The position numbers and the translations under genes are program-made. Below, in pieces: positions 28,901-38,313 of a stretch of 64,000 nucleotides of DNA. The DNA is taken from IMG/VR virus record IMGVR_UViG_3300020193_000003; one strand, written 5' to 3'. Source of the stretch: a virus. The stretch's first letter is position 1. Every line of letters begins with the position of its first letter. Under the pieces are notes generated by a model that was given only the letters and a program-made list of their open reading frames with translations, was not told the DNA's origin and searched no databases.

Positions 28901-31900
28901 AGTCCGACATGGTCAGGCACTCGTCCGACCTCGCCGCGAGGATCGCCCGAGGCGAGGCGGTCGTCACCGCACACCCGTCGATACGTGGGGCGTTGAGGGC
29001 GCAATCCCAGCTCCTGTCGAGGGCATTCGGCGAAGGCGGAGTGCTGAACATGGAGAACTTCGACGAGGCGCGCGTCGCCGCGATCGTCGCGGATGTCAAC
29101 AGGTTCGTCGACGCCCAGAAACGCGACCTCCAGCGCTACCAGAAGATAAGGGATTCGTTGACGAAGTTCGGCGGGAGGGACATGGATCAAATGCTGTCCG
29201 CCGAGTCGGACGCCACGCGTGCGGTCGGTTCCCTTAACTTCTACGGAAGGTACGCCGATTTTGACCTGCCCCGCGACATCGTCAGCTTCTCGCCGGGGTT
29301 CACGGACGGGCTCACGAGAAGGTGGACCCCCGTGGACGAAACGATGCTCGACCGGTGGGAGTTGACGGGCTCGCTGCGCGGCGGGGCGTTCTTGGCGGCG
29401 GGCAGGCTGGACGCGGAGATAGTCAGGGGCGGGCTGCTCGGACCGAGCGGCGAGTCGCAGATAATAGCCCCACTCAAGCCCCTGATCGGAATTTCGACGC
29501 CGGTCAGGATCACGGACGACGTTGCGCCGAGCGACCCGAAGTTCCTGGTGCAGAGCCTCGGCCCGGCCCTGATGGCTAGGGCCATAAAGATGCACAAGCG
29601 CGACGGGTTCGTGGACATTGAGACCGTCCTGACGGACCCGGACTTGGCACCGCAGGGTTACGTCGCGCGAACCGGGGACGCCGAGGCCGGCATGGCCGCG
29701 CTGGAACCGCGCAGGCCGATCCTTGACGAGCGCGGAAGGCTCGACCCGGTTTTGACGCGCGACGAAGCATACCTGGACGACAGGGAGGAGAGGGGTCTGC
29801 CAGATGGACCGATGCAGAGACTCCTCGTCCCGCAGACTCCGTCCACGTTCATCGAGGCCCCTCCTGGTGACCTCACGCCCGAGACGAGGAGGGCTCCGTG
29901 GGCGATCGGGTACACGAGTTCGGAGGCGGACATCGCCATTGGACTGGACGAGGATTACCCGGAACGACTGGTTCACGTCGTGGCACCCTCGGCGTTGCCG
30001 CCAGACAACGCGAAATTCCCCGTGAGCGAGTCGGGCCCGCATCTGATGCTCGACCGGGAACCGCTGGACTTCCTGGTTCACGTGTTGAACGACATCAACC
30101 GCATGACGGTGGAGGAGAGGGAAGCCTCGGAGAGATCGCTCTCGGACAGGGGCTTCGAGATCGAAAGATCGGAGTTCGACCCCCCGGACGATTTCACCCC
30201 GAGAGAACGTCACCCGACCTACCTGGTCGTCGACATCAGGGGCGAGCCGCAACTTCAGGGTCCCACCGGAACCGGGACCACGAGAATCATCAGGGTCAGG
30301 GAAATCCTGAGGTTCAGACTGTCAAGCCAGGCCGACGAATCCCAGCCCGGCGGAGGACCGTTCTGGAGGCGAATCGACCCCGAGGCGGTCGCGAGAGGGG
30401 AACCTGGGAGAACCACGACCGAAAGCTTGGGGTACATGGACTTCGTGATAGACGTCGACCCAACCTACGACGGAGACCTCCTTGACGGCGAGAGAGAGGT
30501 GAGGATAAAACCGGAGAGCATCATCGGGAGAATAGTCTCCGCCGAGGAGTTGTCCGTCAGCTCCCATGTGACGAGGCAGATCTACCAAGGGGACGGCGTT
30601 CGCTTCATGAGGTACCCGCGCCCCTACGGTCGCTCCGGCGGCGACGCAGAGGCAGGGATGGCACTCGCTCCCCGTACGGCCGATCTGGTCGCAAGGACGG
30701 AGAAGTACTTCCCGTCGGACGACAGGAACGACTGGCTGATCCCAGAGTCCGTCATGCCGGACAGGGAACAGGCGGAGCTCCTCGGCCTGCTCCGCGACGC
30801 GCTCGGCGGCAAGGGGCTGACGCTGGGAGGAGAGCAGAGGTGGCGGATGCTCCTGCTCAAGGCTGAGTCCCTCCGTCGCGTGCAAAGCCTGAGGGGCGAG
30901 CTGCCGCACGAAAGGGACGAGATCGGCGTCTCGATGTACGACACGTTCGCGGCCGACACCGACACGGGATACGGGCAGCTCATTCCGTTCGTGGAACCAG
31001 GGACGACGACGCACATTCGTTACGACAAGAGCGGGAACCCAGTCGAGTACATCCCGGTCAGGATCGGCAGGAGCATCGCCGACGCCGCAACGTTCGAGTA
31101 CCACCCCGCGTCTCAGGTCAAGTACGCACTCATTCTCTCTGGCAGGCAGCTTAGGACCTGGAACCACCCCGAGGGAACTGCTCCGGGGGTTTCGCGGCGA
31201 GTAGCGAGCTGGGACGACGAGGGAGTCGAGCTCGACGTCCTCAGCGAGGAGATCCGCTTCCAGGCCTCGCGCACGAGGCAGATGGACGAACTTCTCGGCT
31301 TCACCGGCGACTCTCCGCAGAAAATAATCTTCGCTCTCCGCCGAGCGGCCAGCGACAAATCACCCAGACTCAGGGACAGGTTCGTGTACGACCCCTACGG
31401 ATACGTCGTTCTGTCCGACGCGCCGTGGAGGGAGGAGGACAGCGTCGTCGCCCTGCGCAGGTCCGAGAACTTCGCCGACCTGCAGAGACTGATCGCCGGC
31501 ATAAAGAAGGACGAAAAGTCGGTCAAGGTGACGCAGGTCGTCGGCTACAAGCCCGGCTCAAAGACGAGACCGTCGCTGGTCGACCGGGTCATCCGCTCGC
31601 CCAGGGTGGTCAGCGGCGTGGTGGACGAGATCACGGGGGAGTTCGTGCTCGACGGCAACGGAACCCCGCACGTCGTCGGGTACCTGCCCGACGGATCACC
31701 GATAGCCGTCGAGATCTCCGACTTGGTATACGACCGCGTCTCGCCGAGGCGAGCCGACGACGAATTCTCGCCGTCGAGGAACCGCGCTCCAGGCGGGGAT
31801 GCGGAAGCGGGGATGTCCTCCCCAACGAAGTCCAACCTCTACAACTACATAAGAATGCGGCTGAGGGGCGATGGCGACGACCAGGACAGGGATTACATCG

Positions 31901-34900
31901 AGATATCCAACCTGCCTGGCACCGCGAGGGCGAGGGACGGCGGGGCGTTCGACACGAGCCCGGCGGGAATAATAAGGAGGATCGTCGCCGCGGTCCGCAA
32001 GAGGGACAGGGACGCCGGAGGGAAGGTGGGCCTCGTCTTCTCCTACCCGAGCTCGGTCAAGGACAAGCCGGGCGTGAAGGAGGACAGGAACAGGACCATC
32101 TTCAACCCACTTGTCGTGTACGGCGAGTACGACAAAACCATCGGCGAGACCCGGATCCTCGTGACGGACGACCGAGGCATAACGAGGCTCGTCCCGATGT
32201 CGCAAGTTGACCTGTCCAAGCTCGCAACCGACGAGGAGAGACTCGGGGACCACTCCAGCAATTACGACGTGCAGGTCGGGGACCTCAACGCATACGTGGT
32301 CGGCGACGAATACGTGGACGGGAAGAAGCAGAGGAGAGTGTTCAGCACCGACAGGATGAAGCCAGCGAAACGCGACGACAACGAGAGCACGAAACCGGGA
32401 CCGGCGACCAGTCAACCCACCGCTGGCACGACAAGCCGGGCGGCGGGCAGCCCGGACACGCGCGAGATCCCAATCGTTGCCAGCGACGCCGACGACGACA
32501 ATCTCGCGGGCCAGATCGAAACCAGACCCGACGAGTTCGACGCAGTGACGCTCGATCCCCGGCCCGAGTACGTTGCACCCGGCGCCGGGGTCGACGGGGC
32601 GAAACCCACGGCGAGGGAGGTCGCGTGGGGCTTGGCGCGCAACGACCCCAAGGCCATCAAAGCGGGTCGGGCGGACGAAAAAAGGCTGTGGGAGCGAATA
32701 AAGCTGGGCACCCAGAAATGGATCGAAACCTGGAAAGCCAGGGCAGTTACAGACGAAGAGACCGGCGAGGAGGTGATAGACCCGAAAACGGGCCATGTCG
32801 CCTTGAGAACGCCGTTCAGGAAGGCGTGGCGACCCTGGGGAAATCCGATCGGCCCCGACGGCAGGGAACTTCCAACAGGCATCAAGGCCGAGATGGACAG
32901 AATCAGGAGCTGGCCTGAGTTCATGAACTTCATAAAGCGCAAGAAGCTCGTCTTCGTCGACTGGGAGACGACCGGCATTCCGATAGGCGAGATTGACACG
33001 GGTAGGCCCCTGCAAGTGGGCATCATCGTCGTCGAAAACGGGGATTTCGCAAACCCCAAACGACTCGAGGTGTGGATAGATCCCGCCGGCACGCCGCTGT
33101 CGGATTGGACGAAGAAGAATGTGAAGAAGAACGGCATCCCCGTCGGTCAAGCGCTAGCGACGACACCGGGCGAATTCGTGCCCGTCGACGAGGCGCGGCG
33201 CCGAATAGCGGAGGTCGTGGGGGCCGACGCGATAATCATCTCCCACAACCTCAGGAATTTCGACATGTCGCTGTGGAAGGAGGTGATGGGCGAATACCCC
33301 ATCGCCGGCTGGATGGACACGCTCGCCATCGCCAACTGGGTGTTCCACATCGACTCCTACAGGTTCAAGCAGATTCAAGCACACCTGAATGACTCTCCGT
33401 CTGCGAAGTCCGGTAAGAAAAACTACGACAGGGACATGAACCCGTTCGTCAACTGGATCTCAAAGGCCATCACGATCCGCGGGAGACATCCCCTATTCCC
33501 GCGTGCCAGGTCGTGGGGGGGAAGAGGTGGCAAACCAGACGCCCTCGACAGGATAGGACGCAGGGCCACCGGTCCGCTGAAGTACATACCAACGTTGAAA
33601 AAGGAGGGTCTCGGACAGTGGTACCCGAGGTTCTTTTCGTCCAACGCGCTCGAGGCGCTCGCCCGGTACTTCGGCGTGCCCGCAGAGGCGGGGCACGACG
33701 CAGTGGCGGACATAAACGTTACCGCCAAGGTGTTCCTGGAAATGGTGGCGCTCGCGGAGCGGTGGGGAAGGGCCGATCAGATGTTTGACCCAGAACTCGT
33801 GCGGTGGGCGCAGGCCCAGGTCGACGAGCAGTACGCGGCCGACCTCGAAGCTTGGAGAAGGCAGAGCGGCATCACGGAGCGACCACGCGAGAGATTGTTC
33901 GACCCGGAGGCGCCGACAGAGCCCAGCGGCGGAGACGCGCCAGGGGAACCGCGACCAGGGGGCGGTGGTGGTGGGGCGTCCACGCCCCCAGGCGGGGGAG
34001 ACACCCGACCACCGGGAGGCGGAGGGATGCCACCCACGGACGACGGAGACCCGAACAGGAGGCTTTTGTACCAGACGGCCTATGGGGTCCGCGTATACGA
34101 GACGCCCACGGGCATCCACTACGAATTCAAGTCGGTCTCACCCAAGGAGGGGCCGAGCTCCGCGACCGTCGCTTTCGCCACGTTCAACGAGGTGCGGGAG
34201 GGAGGATTCGCGATCGAGTTCAACTACGGCAGGAATCCGGACGGGTCGACGGCGGCGTACAGAATCATCTCAATCGAGCTGACGACCAAGTCAGGAATCA
34301 GCGGGTCGGAGGCAGCCGGGCCAAACGACTTGGTGGTCCACGGAATTGACCTCGCGGACGGGAAACTCAAGAAGTTTGATTTCGCCCAGATCAACGCAGG
34401 CGGCAACACCCCCCCGAGACCCAGCGAGCTGACGGAGCTTCCCGCGAACATATACGGTGTACGCACGGCGGCCGGCCCTGGGGGCAAACCGACGACGCCC
34501 GCCCAGTACGCCGACCACATGAGGAGGAGGGCCTTCGGGAGAAGGAGGTCGCCGGACGGACCGATCGCCGGCATGGCGGGCCTGACCAACAGGGACGGAG
34601 CGACGGACTCATCCTCCTACTGGGTCGCAACCACCGACGACGTGGCCATGGCGGACATGTCCGATGTCGAGCTATCCGAGCGACTCGCGGCGCACAGGCT
34701 CAGGTTCGAGAACGCGTTCCACTCGGGGCCGTCCTCAAACGCCGCCATGTCAAGGGCGCTCGATTCGGTCGCCGCCGCCAACAGGGTGATGAGAATCAGG
34801 TCAAACGACAGCACGGACCAAAACGGATTCTCCGTGTCGATGGGCAGGATGGGGTACAAGCTGACCGGCGAATTCAGGGCCCCACCGGGGGTCATGGACG

Positions 34901-37900
34901 GAAGCTACGAGCTCCCCGGTGAGTTCGTCGCCGACAGGGCCGAACTGGCCAGGAACGCCAACCTGTCGCTGATGCTCGACTACTCGGTCGCCAACGGGGA
35001 GATTGCGGAGGCCCTGGAGAGGGTCTCAAGGTTGTCGCGAGTCCCTAGGTCCGAGCTCCTCGGCAGGCTGTCGACGCACGACTACTCGATGTACTCGGAC
35101 GCAATCGCGTCAAGGGCGTTCAGGAACACGTCCGAGATGGTGTCCGATGGCGTCGCCACCCCCTCTTCGCTGGGAATGATAATTGACCCCGCCTCGGATC
35201 CGGCTAGCGCGGCGCGCGCCGTGGACTCGGCGCTGCGCAGGCTGGGGATCAACGCGCTGGACATTAGCAACGGGTTGAGGAGGGGAGGGAGGAACTACGC
35301 GCAAAGCGAGGCGGACGACCTCATCAACCAGTTCAACGAGTCGGTTTCGGACCTGTTCTCCTTCGACCATGACGGTAGGCGTTCCGATCCAGAGTTCAGG
35401 GTCAAGTCCGACGCAATCAAGGACAAGATAAGGGACTTGAGCGACGAGATCAGGAGGAGACACCTGTCTTCGCCGCAAACGGACGCGGAGGCCGGCATGG
35501 GTAACCCGGACCCCGACCTGCGCCGCTTGATGAGCGAGTTCACGCGACTCGCCCCCTCCATGAATTTCGAGGCCGCCACGGACGCAGGGTTTGACGAGGA
35601 TTGGAAGCGTCTCTCCGACCAGATAATCGACGACTTCGTCCGGCGGCCGGGCCGTGGGACGGAGCAGGCGTTCTCCTCGTTCGGCGATGCGCTGAAAGGC
35701 AGGGCGAGCGCTGTCGGTCGGGCTATCGACCGAATAATCGACCCGAGCAAAGCCCCCATCCCGGCAAATTCCCAATTGGGACGCGAGGTGGTCAAGTCCA
35801 CCGCGAAGATCCTCGCACTCATCTACGACCTGAGGTTCGGATCAACGGACATGCTCGGACTTCTGGCTTCCACGCCGGGGGCGGGCCCGGGCTCCGGAGT
35901 CAGCGGGCTGGACGTTACCTACAAAATGATCGATTCCGGCGCCGCCGTGCTGTTCGCCAGGGGCGGCCGAAGGGCGCTGGTTGCGTATCTGGTGGAGGCC
36001 GTGAGCCTCGGTCTGGTGCCTGCCTACAGGGCCATGGGGATTCTCGACAGGCTGTCCCCATCCCCCAGGACCGCGGCCATATCCTCGGGAGCCGAGGCGG
36101 CCATGGGCCGGTCGGGCGGTTCCTCGCCGTTCGGCGACGCCGACGGAATACCGATACTGAGCGGATCAAAGTGGTTCGACTCGCGGCTCCACGCCATGTT
36201 CGGTAGCGCAAATTACGAAAAGATAGCCACTTCGTTCGGGAACCGTTTCAGGACGCTGCCCGACAGGAGCTGGAACTCGCCGACCGACGACGACCTCGTC
36301 GACATCTACCACTACGCCACGATGCTCAACCACGACTCAATGATCGAGGACCTCGTCATAAGGGGCGACAGGGTGGACGCCGTCGACTTCTCCCAGTTTG
36401 ACGTGGCGGACGCGGGACAGACCCCCGTCGGGGTCACCGGGGTGATCGAGAGAGTCGCATCGTTCACGGGTCTACCTGCAGCGCAGGTCCTCGGCTTCGT
36501 TGAGAGAGGGCGCGACGTCGCGCTCGTGCGCCGACTCGCCGCCATGGACCCGGAGTCGAGGATAGAGCATGCGAATGCGATGCGTCGCAGACGCGCTTTC
36601 ATGAGGTTGGTCGAACAGAAGAAGGGCGAGCTGGGCGACGACTTCCCACTCTGGATGGCGGAGGCGTCGATCAGGCGAGACAGGGAGGAGAGTCGGTCCG
36701 GGGTCTTCGGCAACGATTTCGCCGAGCTTATGGACGACGAGACGAATAGGTTCTACGGCGAGACGCCAGCCTCGGCCCTCAAGAACATCTCCCGCTTCCT
36801 CGGGATGGACAAACCCCCCACGAAGATGACGCAGAGCGAACCGCGTCGCGACGGGGAGGCTGGCATGGCTGGCAAGAAACCCTTCATCAGGCAACGCTAC
36901 GACTTCAAGCCGGTCGACGGCGGCTTCGTGATCATAGACACCGACAACAGGAACGCAATTTCAAGCAGGGTTTTCAAGGACAGGAGGGAGGCCCTGCGAG
37001 GGGCCGAACGCATGGACAGGGGAGACAAGACGTTCGACCCGTTCGCCCCCCCGCCGTCGGAGCCAAAGACCGCGACGGAGGTCGTGGCGGAGGACCCGAG
37101 GATGCAGGAGATGTCCGATCCCGGCAGGCGACCGACGCTGTTTGACGACGACGGTGACGCGAATGCGGGGATGTCGAGCACCGGGTTGCCCAGCACGCTG
37201 AGGTTCGTCGCGAGGAACAGCGGGAAGCAACAGGTCAGCATGGACAACGTCCGCTCGGCCATGTCGGAGTACGAATCCGGTCGAGCGTCAATCCCCTTCC
37301 CATCACCCGACGACGCGCCGGTCTCGAGACTGATCGGCGGGTACGCATCCAGCGACTCCGCCCTGCACACCGTCCTCGGAAGGATAGAACAACTGGCGCC
37401 CACCGACGACTCCGCCGCCAAGCAGGAGGAGATGAGGGGTCTCGTACAGAATCTCTCGAAACTCCAGCGGAGGAGGAACTACTTCTACAACCAGCTGATG
37501 GAGAGACTCGACCCGGGTGACCCGGATTTCGAGACGCTTGAGTCTTGGCACTCTCAGAGGGCTGGCATCGCCAGGGAGTCCTCGAGCCGGTTCGGCGTCG
37601 GGAGCCTGCCCGTCTACATACTCCCGAGGGGTGCGGAAACGGACGACGCGCAGGCCGGCGCCAACTCGCCAAGCTACATGCGCGCCTCCGGCGACGTGTC
37701 CTCGCTAGAGGTCGTCAGCAACGACGCGGCGGACAGGATCGGATCGTTGATCGGCTCGTCCGACTACTCGGTACGGGAAAGGTACGACGAAGTAATCAGG
37801 TCGGTGCAGCGCGACGTCGCGCGAATTTCCCGCATGACTGGGCAATCGATGGTCAAGTTCGGACAGAACTCGGTCAGGATAGGGGCGCAACTGCTGGCCA

Positions 37901-38265
37901 TGGCCGACAGGACGGACGGGAGCGACCGAGAACTGCTCAGGAGGGAGCTGATATCGGCGGGTCTATCGCGGATGCTCTCCGACGGCGGCGTGAGACTCGG
38001 ACTGGCCTACCTCGTCAACGCCGTGGACGTGGGCCTGCTGACGCACTCGCAGGCGAAGGAGATCCTGAGGAGGGAGAGACGGAAGGCGAACAAGCCGAGG
38101 ACGGAAATGACCAAGCCCGAGGGGCTGATGGCGCGCGGCCAGATGTCTCGCCTCGTCTCCGAGCTGATGGGACCCGGCCTGTCGTCGAAGTCGGCCGAGA
38201 CCGCGGCGAGGGGCAAGCGCCTGTCAATGATTACGGAAACGGTGGGGTCGGTCCTTGCCGAATAG
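22945..38265 (+). CDS. Giant polyvalent protein (5106 aa): N-terminal HK97-type prohead protease plus many effector modules
   Basis: aa 1-175 carry protease motifs (D..GDI..PG.F, WGHDWNSPIGK, WSIGY, EVELYEVSPVLHGAN). Then a DUF6321-like domain, sigma70-r4-like HTHs, WYL-like segments and a DEDDh exonuclease; about 15 EAGM-type linkers. Confidence 0.9.
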   Translation: MTNQQTSDDLDYLYKSLNGQINVDEAQGIVEAFVAGVGNKDAVGDICLPGCFTSSLKRRKPRVVWGHDWNSPIGKVLEIYEVGPNDPRLPAKMRKAGIGGLYARVQFNLKAEKGREAFANVSFFGMEQEWSIGYKTLDAVFDPVQTANLLKEVELYEVSPVLHGANQLTGTISIKADEAETQTKEGQEKAGKPVLRDPKGGLTAAGRAHFKRTEGANLKPGVMGAADTPEKMRRKGSFLTRFFTNPSGPMKKPNGKPSRLALSAAAWGEPVPQNASDASALAAKGRRLLERYENSKKNKKKDDADSVENKNYVAAIYSATSAQQNETFGRASELTRALAARFGGPVRLVTADNDIAVFEMGAGASVETMRVAYHYDGDEFMFGTAQQVKPETVYIPINQTTSGQTVGGVTTGITPNVGHHAGHVGHEGHCCPSCGNGGNCDASVALTRGESPRIAFMKLKSLGDQLNFEVVPVNGGFLLKGFGFLSVEAQNFVVNKIEQGMSRKFVNPTGMAMRRGLGVPNIGGAVRGFNVDMNPFTARDADLDKLVLEGNPLVNMGRGVPDPTPFGIPDGPRFGDPNIPRVSDRMNQRRPLMMPAVPEPTEVPEPAKEPKPVTEPSPFVPKPNRPPTPVPQPEPETEPVVPVPVPEPEREPVPVRPQPIRPTVPVRPLVPTGRRRIPKRLAEDLARADSFDRPSRQTRQRRLRDQGIDEMRRLMLLDGPEAGMSNQDSRPFVGRTDIESREREFYELMLDERRADDARTTGDTSVLRPRILDDILEYLGDENEDDPDYVPSADEIASLAQELAEEAVEKFINEDYYVGGSSSNPVYRGRNNRDLWPRRDEIFRKFSGGDGEAGMSRGGGGPDELADRFRQAREEREQPGSRGLDDDTSAMFRQAEDSLRGSFRPKTNEVDRYEYSDRDNINAMRSQAEIMRTDYNDEEAAQLFEQAADILEDRLAMPKDGEIVDDGTEVERELLEAERIGLANLSARREKMRDSGMSPDYSVRSPSWRGQGEFWLDTSTGRIFYRDSTDFEDGDGFDGEFVDIAGVQSQDADWIRESLLANWDSIGFNARGDFVYRGVDFGQAMDPNDPPPPLDNRGELIPNQEVVIFSAEQIASRPRTRDDDIVDGEIVDGDAGMAGPNRNRRRGRAVRIDSEETLEEVFRRRRNGEDISDMMEDIDLPNPGDRAITDPPPGADAGMAGRARTREENADLGRRIWLARTHDKLSLDEAGRRFRTSRQRARQLELLHHKYLRNLGQYHANRLARAMVDDPMTGLTDAEADLLRRRLDGELLEEAAERLRTDRFAIRRMEQLALAKLRNRMIDDGPSGAMAPSRGGRAVDAARPKAPGAERPGSRRRRNAVDPSFIEILDSLKESGEDGLTNAQRVRLAALMRFRRVISNKIDQLMVGGSRRRRLSAVAPEVDQLNKSMRGPFSSLAEAAKITTGSPRDFVSSAIKVANGEQDPLDIDGPINVQVFEALRATNDDFAAVARSLGMDEEVVRLRAAAHTLRLLASAMPVRMGVHRRLESSGDALTSIERYIVRAWLNGASDLDIAERMGDGFDAARVGATKVTALTKLRVDVNSPEMRSRVVDGRIFYDEFGLFVELTDDAGVTTYNRIGDGPMSMMDDDASGGMSAPKRRVVFADFGDGGREYVVTRTVQRDRANPSMESVMMMPVRGDDQATVSTLIGRQLLGDDRGANLEFPAILLKSDGRITGVADLSGNAVRFYGSRVINGSTPRVAERVDAIRANDSAARTKMDQDVEGAERRLRGLMRALDHLISTGDWIGGDANVTGRVPEYATMMRYGLDSDDDGTPITPRNRTKEQFELDEAEFFLSRYPNASDDRVEQHVQQATSDRLAQVSRKVDIAKKELDRLQHVRDSKEVRRSQNVVDLETLDDETARMLADETRFLASMSGQDYDAAGVSKGADGFAYVVHKGPDRLSGGVLDPRMSAGVAGRAGSVAGQGDTRGANRTYVARFLQSAEAKSDMVRHSSDLAARIARGEAVVTAHPSIRGALRAQSQLLSRAFGEGGVLNMENFDEARVAAIVADVNRFVDAQKRDLQRYQKIRDSLTKFGGRDMDQMLSAESDATRAVGSLNFYGRYADFDLPRDIVSFSPGFTDGLTRRWTPVDETMLDRWELTGSLRGGAFLAAGRLDAEIVRGGLLGPSGESQIIAPLKPLIGISTPVRITDDVAPSDPKFLVQSLGPALMARAIKMHKRDGFVDIETVLTDPDLAPQGYVARTGDAEAGMAALEPRRPILDERGRLDPVLTRDEAYLDDREERGLPDGPMQRLLVPQTPSTFIEAPPGDLTPETRRAPWAIGYTSSEADIAIGLDEDYPERLVHVVAPSALPPDNAKFPVSESGPHLMLDREPLDFLVHVLNDINRMTVEEREASERSLSDRGFEIERSEFDPPDDFTPRERHPTYLVVDIRGEPQLQGPTGTGTTRIIRVREILRFRLSSQADESQPGGGPFWRRIDPEAVARGEPGRTTTESLGYMDFVIDVDPTYDGDLLDGEREVRIKPESIIGRIVSAEELSVSSHVTRQIYQGDGVRFMRYPRPYGRSGGDAEAGMALAPRTADLVARTEKYFPSDDRNDWLIPESVMPDREQAELLGLLRDALGGKGLTLGGEQRWRMLLLKAESLRRVQSLRGELPHERDEIGVSMYDTFAADTDTGYGQLIPFVEPGTTTHIRYDKSGNPVEYIPVRIGRSIADAATFEYHPASQVKYALILSGRQLRTWNHPEGTAPGVSRRVASWDDEGVELDVLSEEIRFQASRTRQMDELLGFTGDSPQKIIFALRRAASDKSPRLRDRFVYDPYGYVVLSDAPWREEDSVVALRRSENFADLQRLIAGIKKDEKSVKVTQVVGYKPGSKTRPSLVDRVIRSPRVVSGVVDEITGEFVLDGNGTPHVVGYLPDGSPIAVEISDLVYDRVSPRRADDEFSPSRNRAPGGDAEAGMSSPTKSNLYNYIRMRLRGDGDDQDRDYIEISNLPGTARARDGGAFDTSPAGIIRRIVAAVRKRDRDAGGKVGLVFSYPSSVKDKPGVKEDRNRTIFNPLVVYGEYDKTIGETRILVTDDRGITRLVPMSQVDLSKLATDEERLGDHSSNYDVQVGDLNAYVVGDEYVDGKKQRRVFSTDRMKPAKRDDNESTKPGPATSQPTAGTTSRAAGSPDTREIPIVASDADDDNLAGQIETRPDEFDAVTLDPRPEYVAPGAGVDGAKPTAREVAWGLARNDPKAIKAGRADEKRLWERIKLGTQKWIETWKARAVTDEETGEEVIDPKTGHVALRTPFRKAWRPWGNPIGPDGRELPTGIKAEMDRIRSWPEFMNFIKRKKLVFVDWETTGIPIGEIDTGRPLQVGIIVVENGDFANPKRLEVWIDPAGTPLSDWTKKNVKKNGIPVGQALATTPGEFVPVDEARRRIAEVVGADAIIISHNLRNFDMSLWKEVMGEYPIAGWMDTLAIANWVFHIDSYRFKQIQAHLNDSPSAKSGKKNYDRDMNPFVNWISKAITIRGRHPLFPRARSWGGRGGKPDALDRIGRRATGPLKYIPTLKKEGLGQWYPRFFSSNALEALARYFGVPAEAGHDAVADINVTAKVFLEMVALAERWGRADQMFDPELVRWAQAQVDEQYAADLEAWRRQSGITERPRERLFDPEAPTEPSGGDAPGEPRPGGGGGGASTPPGGGDTRPPGGGGMPPTDDGDPNRRLLYQTAYGVRVYETPTGIHYEFKSVSPKEGPSSATVAFATFNEVREGGFAIEFNYGRNPDGSTAAYRIISIELTTKSGISGSEAAGPNDLVVHGIDLADGKLKKFDFAQINAGGNTPPRPSELTELPANIYGVRTAAGPGGKPTTPAQYADHMRRRAFGRRRSPDGPIAGMAGLTNRDGATDSSSYWVATTDDVAMADMSDVELSERLAAHRLRFENAFHSGPSSNAAMSRALDSVAAANRVMRIRSNDSTDQNGFSVSMGRMGYKLTGEFRAPPGVMDGSYELPGEFVADRAELARNANLSLMLDYSVANGEIAEALERVSRLSRVPRSELLGRLSTHDYSMYSDAIASRAFRNTSEMVSDGVATPSSLGMIIDPASDPASAARAVDSALRRLGINALDISNGLRRGGRNYAQSEADDLINQFNESVSDLFSFDHDGRRSDPEFRVKSDAIKDKIRDLSDEIRRRHLSSPQTDAEAGMGNPDPDLRRLMSEFTRLAPSMNFEAATDAGFDEDWKRLSDQIIDDFVRRPGRGTEQAFSSFGDALKGRASAVGRAIDRIIDPSKAPIPANSQLGREVVKSTAKILALIYDLRFGSTDMLGLLASTPGAGPGSGVSGLDVTYKMIDSGAAVLFARGGRRALVAYLVEAVSLGLVPAYRAMGILDRLSPSPRTAAISSGAEAAMGRSGGSSPFGDADGIPILSGSKWFDSRLHAMFGSANYEKIATSFGNRFRTLPDRSWNSPTDDDLVDIYHYATMLNHDSMIEDLVIRGDRVDAVDFSQFDVADAGQTPVGVTGVIERVASFTGLPAAQVLGFVERGRDVALVRRLAAMDPESRIEHANAMRRRRAFMRLVEQKKGELGDDFPLWMAEASIRRDREESRSGVFGNDFAELMDDETNRFYGETPASALKNISRFLGMDKPPTKMTQSEPRRDGEAGMAGKKPFIRQRYDFKPVDGGFVIIDTDNRNAISSRVFKDRREALRGAERMDRGDKTFDPFAPPPSEPKTATEVVAEDPRMQEMSDPGRRPTLFDDDGDANAGMSSTGLPSTLRFVARNSGKQQVSMDNVRSAMSEYESGRASIPFPSPDDAPVSRLIGGYASSDSALHTVLGRIEQLAPTDDSAAKQEEMRGLVQNLSKLQRRRNYFYNQLMERLDPGDPDFETLESWHSQRAGIARESSSRFGVGSLPVYILPRGAETDDAQAGANSPSYMRASGDVSSLEVVSNDAADRIGSLIGSSDYSVRERYDEVIRSVQRDVARISRMTGQSMVKFGQNSVRIGAQLLAMADRTDGSDRELLRRELISAGLSRMLSDGGVRLGLAYLVNAVDVGLLTHSQAKEILRRERRKANKPRTEMTKPEGLMARGQMSRLVSELMGPGLSSKSAETAARGKRLSMITETVGSVLAE

Positions 38266-38313
38266 CTACTATTGCAGTCATACAACAAACAGTCTTCTAC
38301 AATTGGAGGGACC

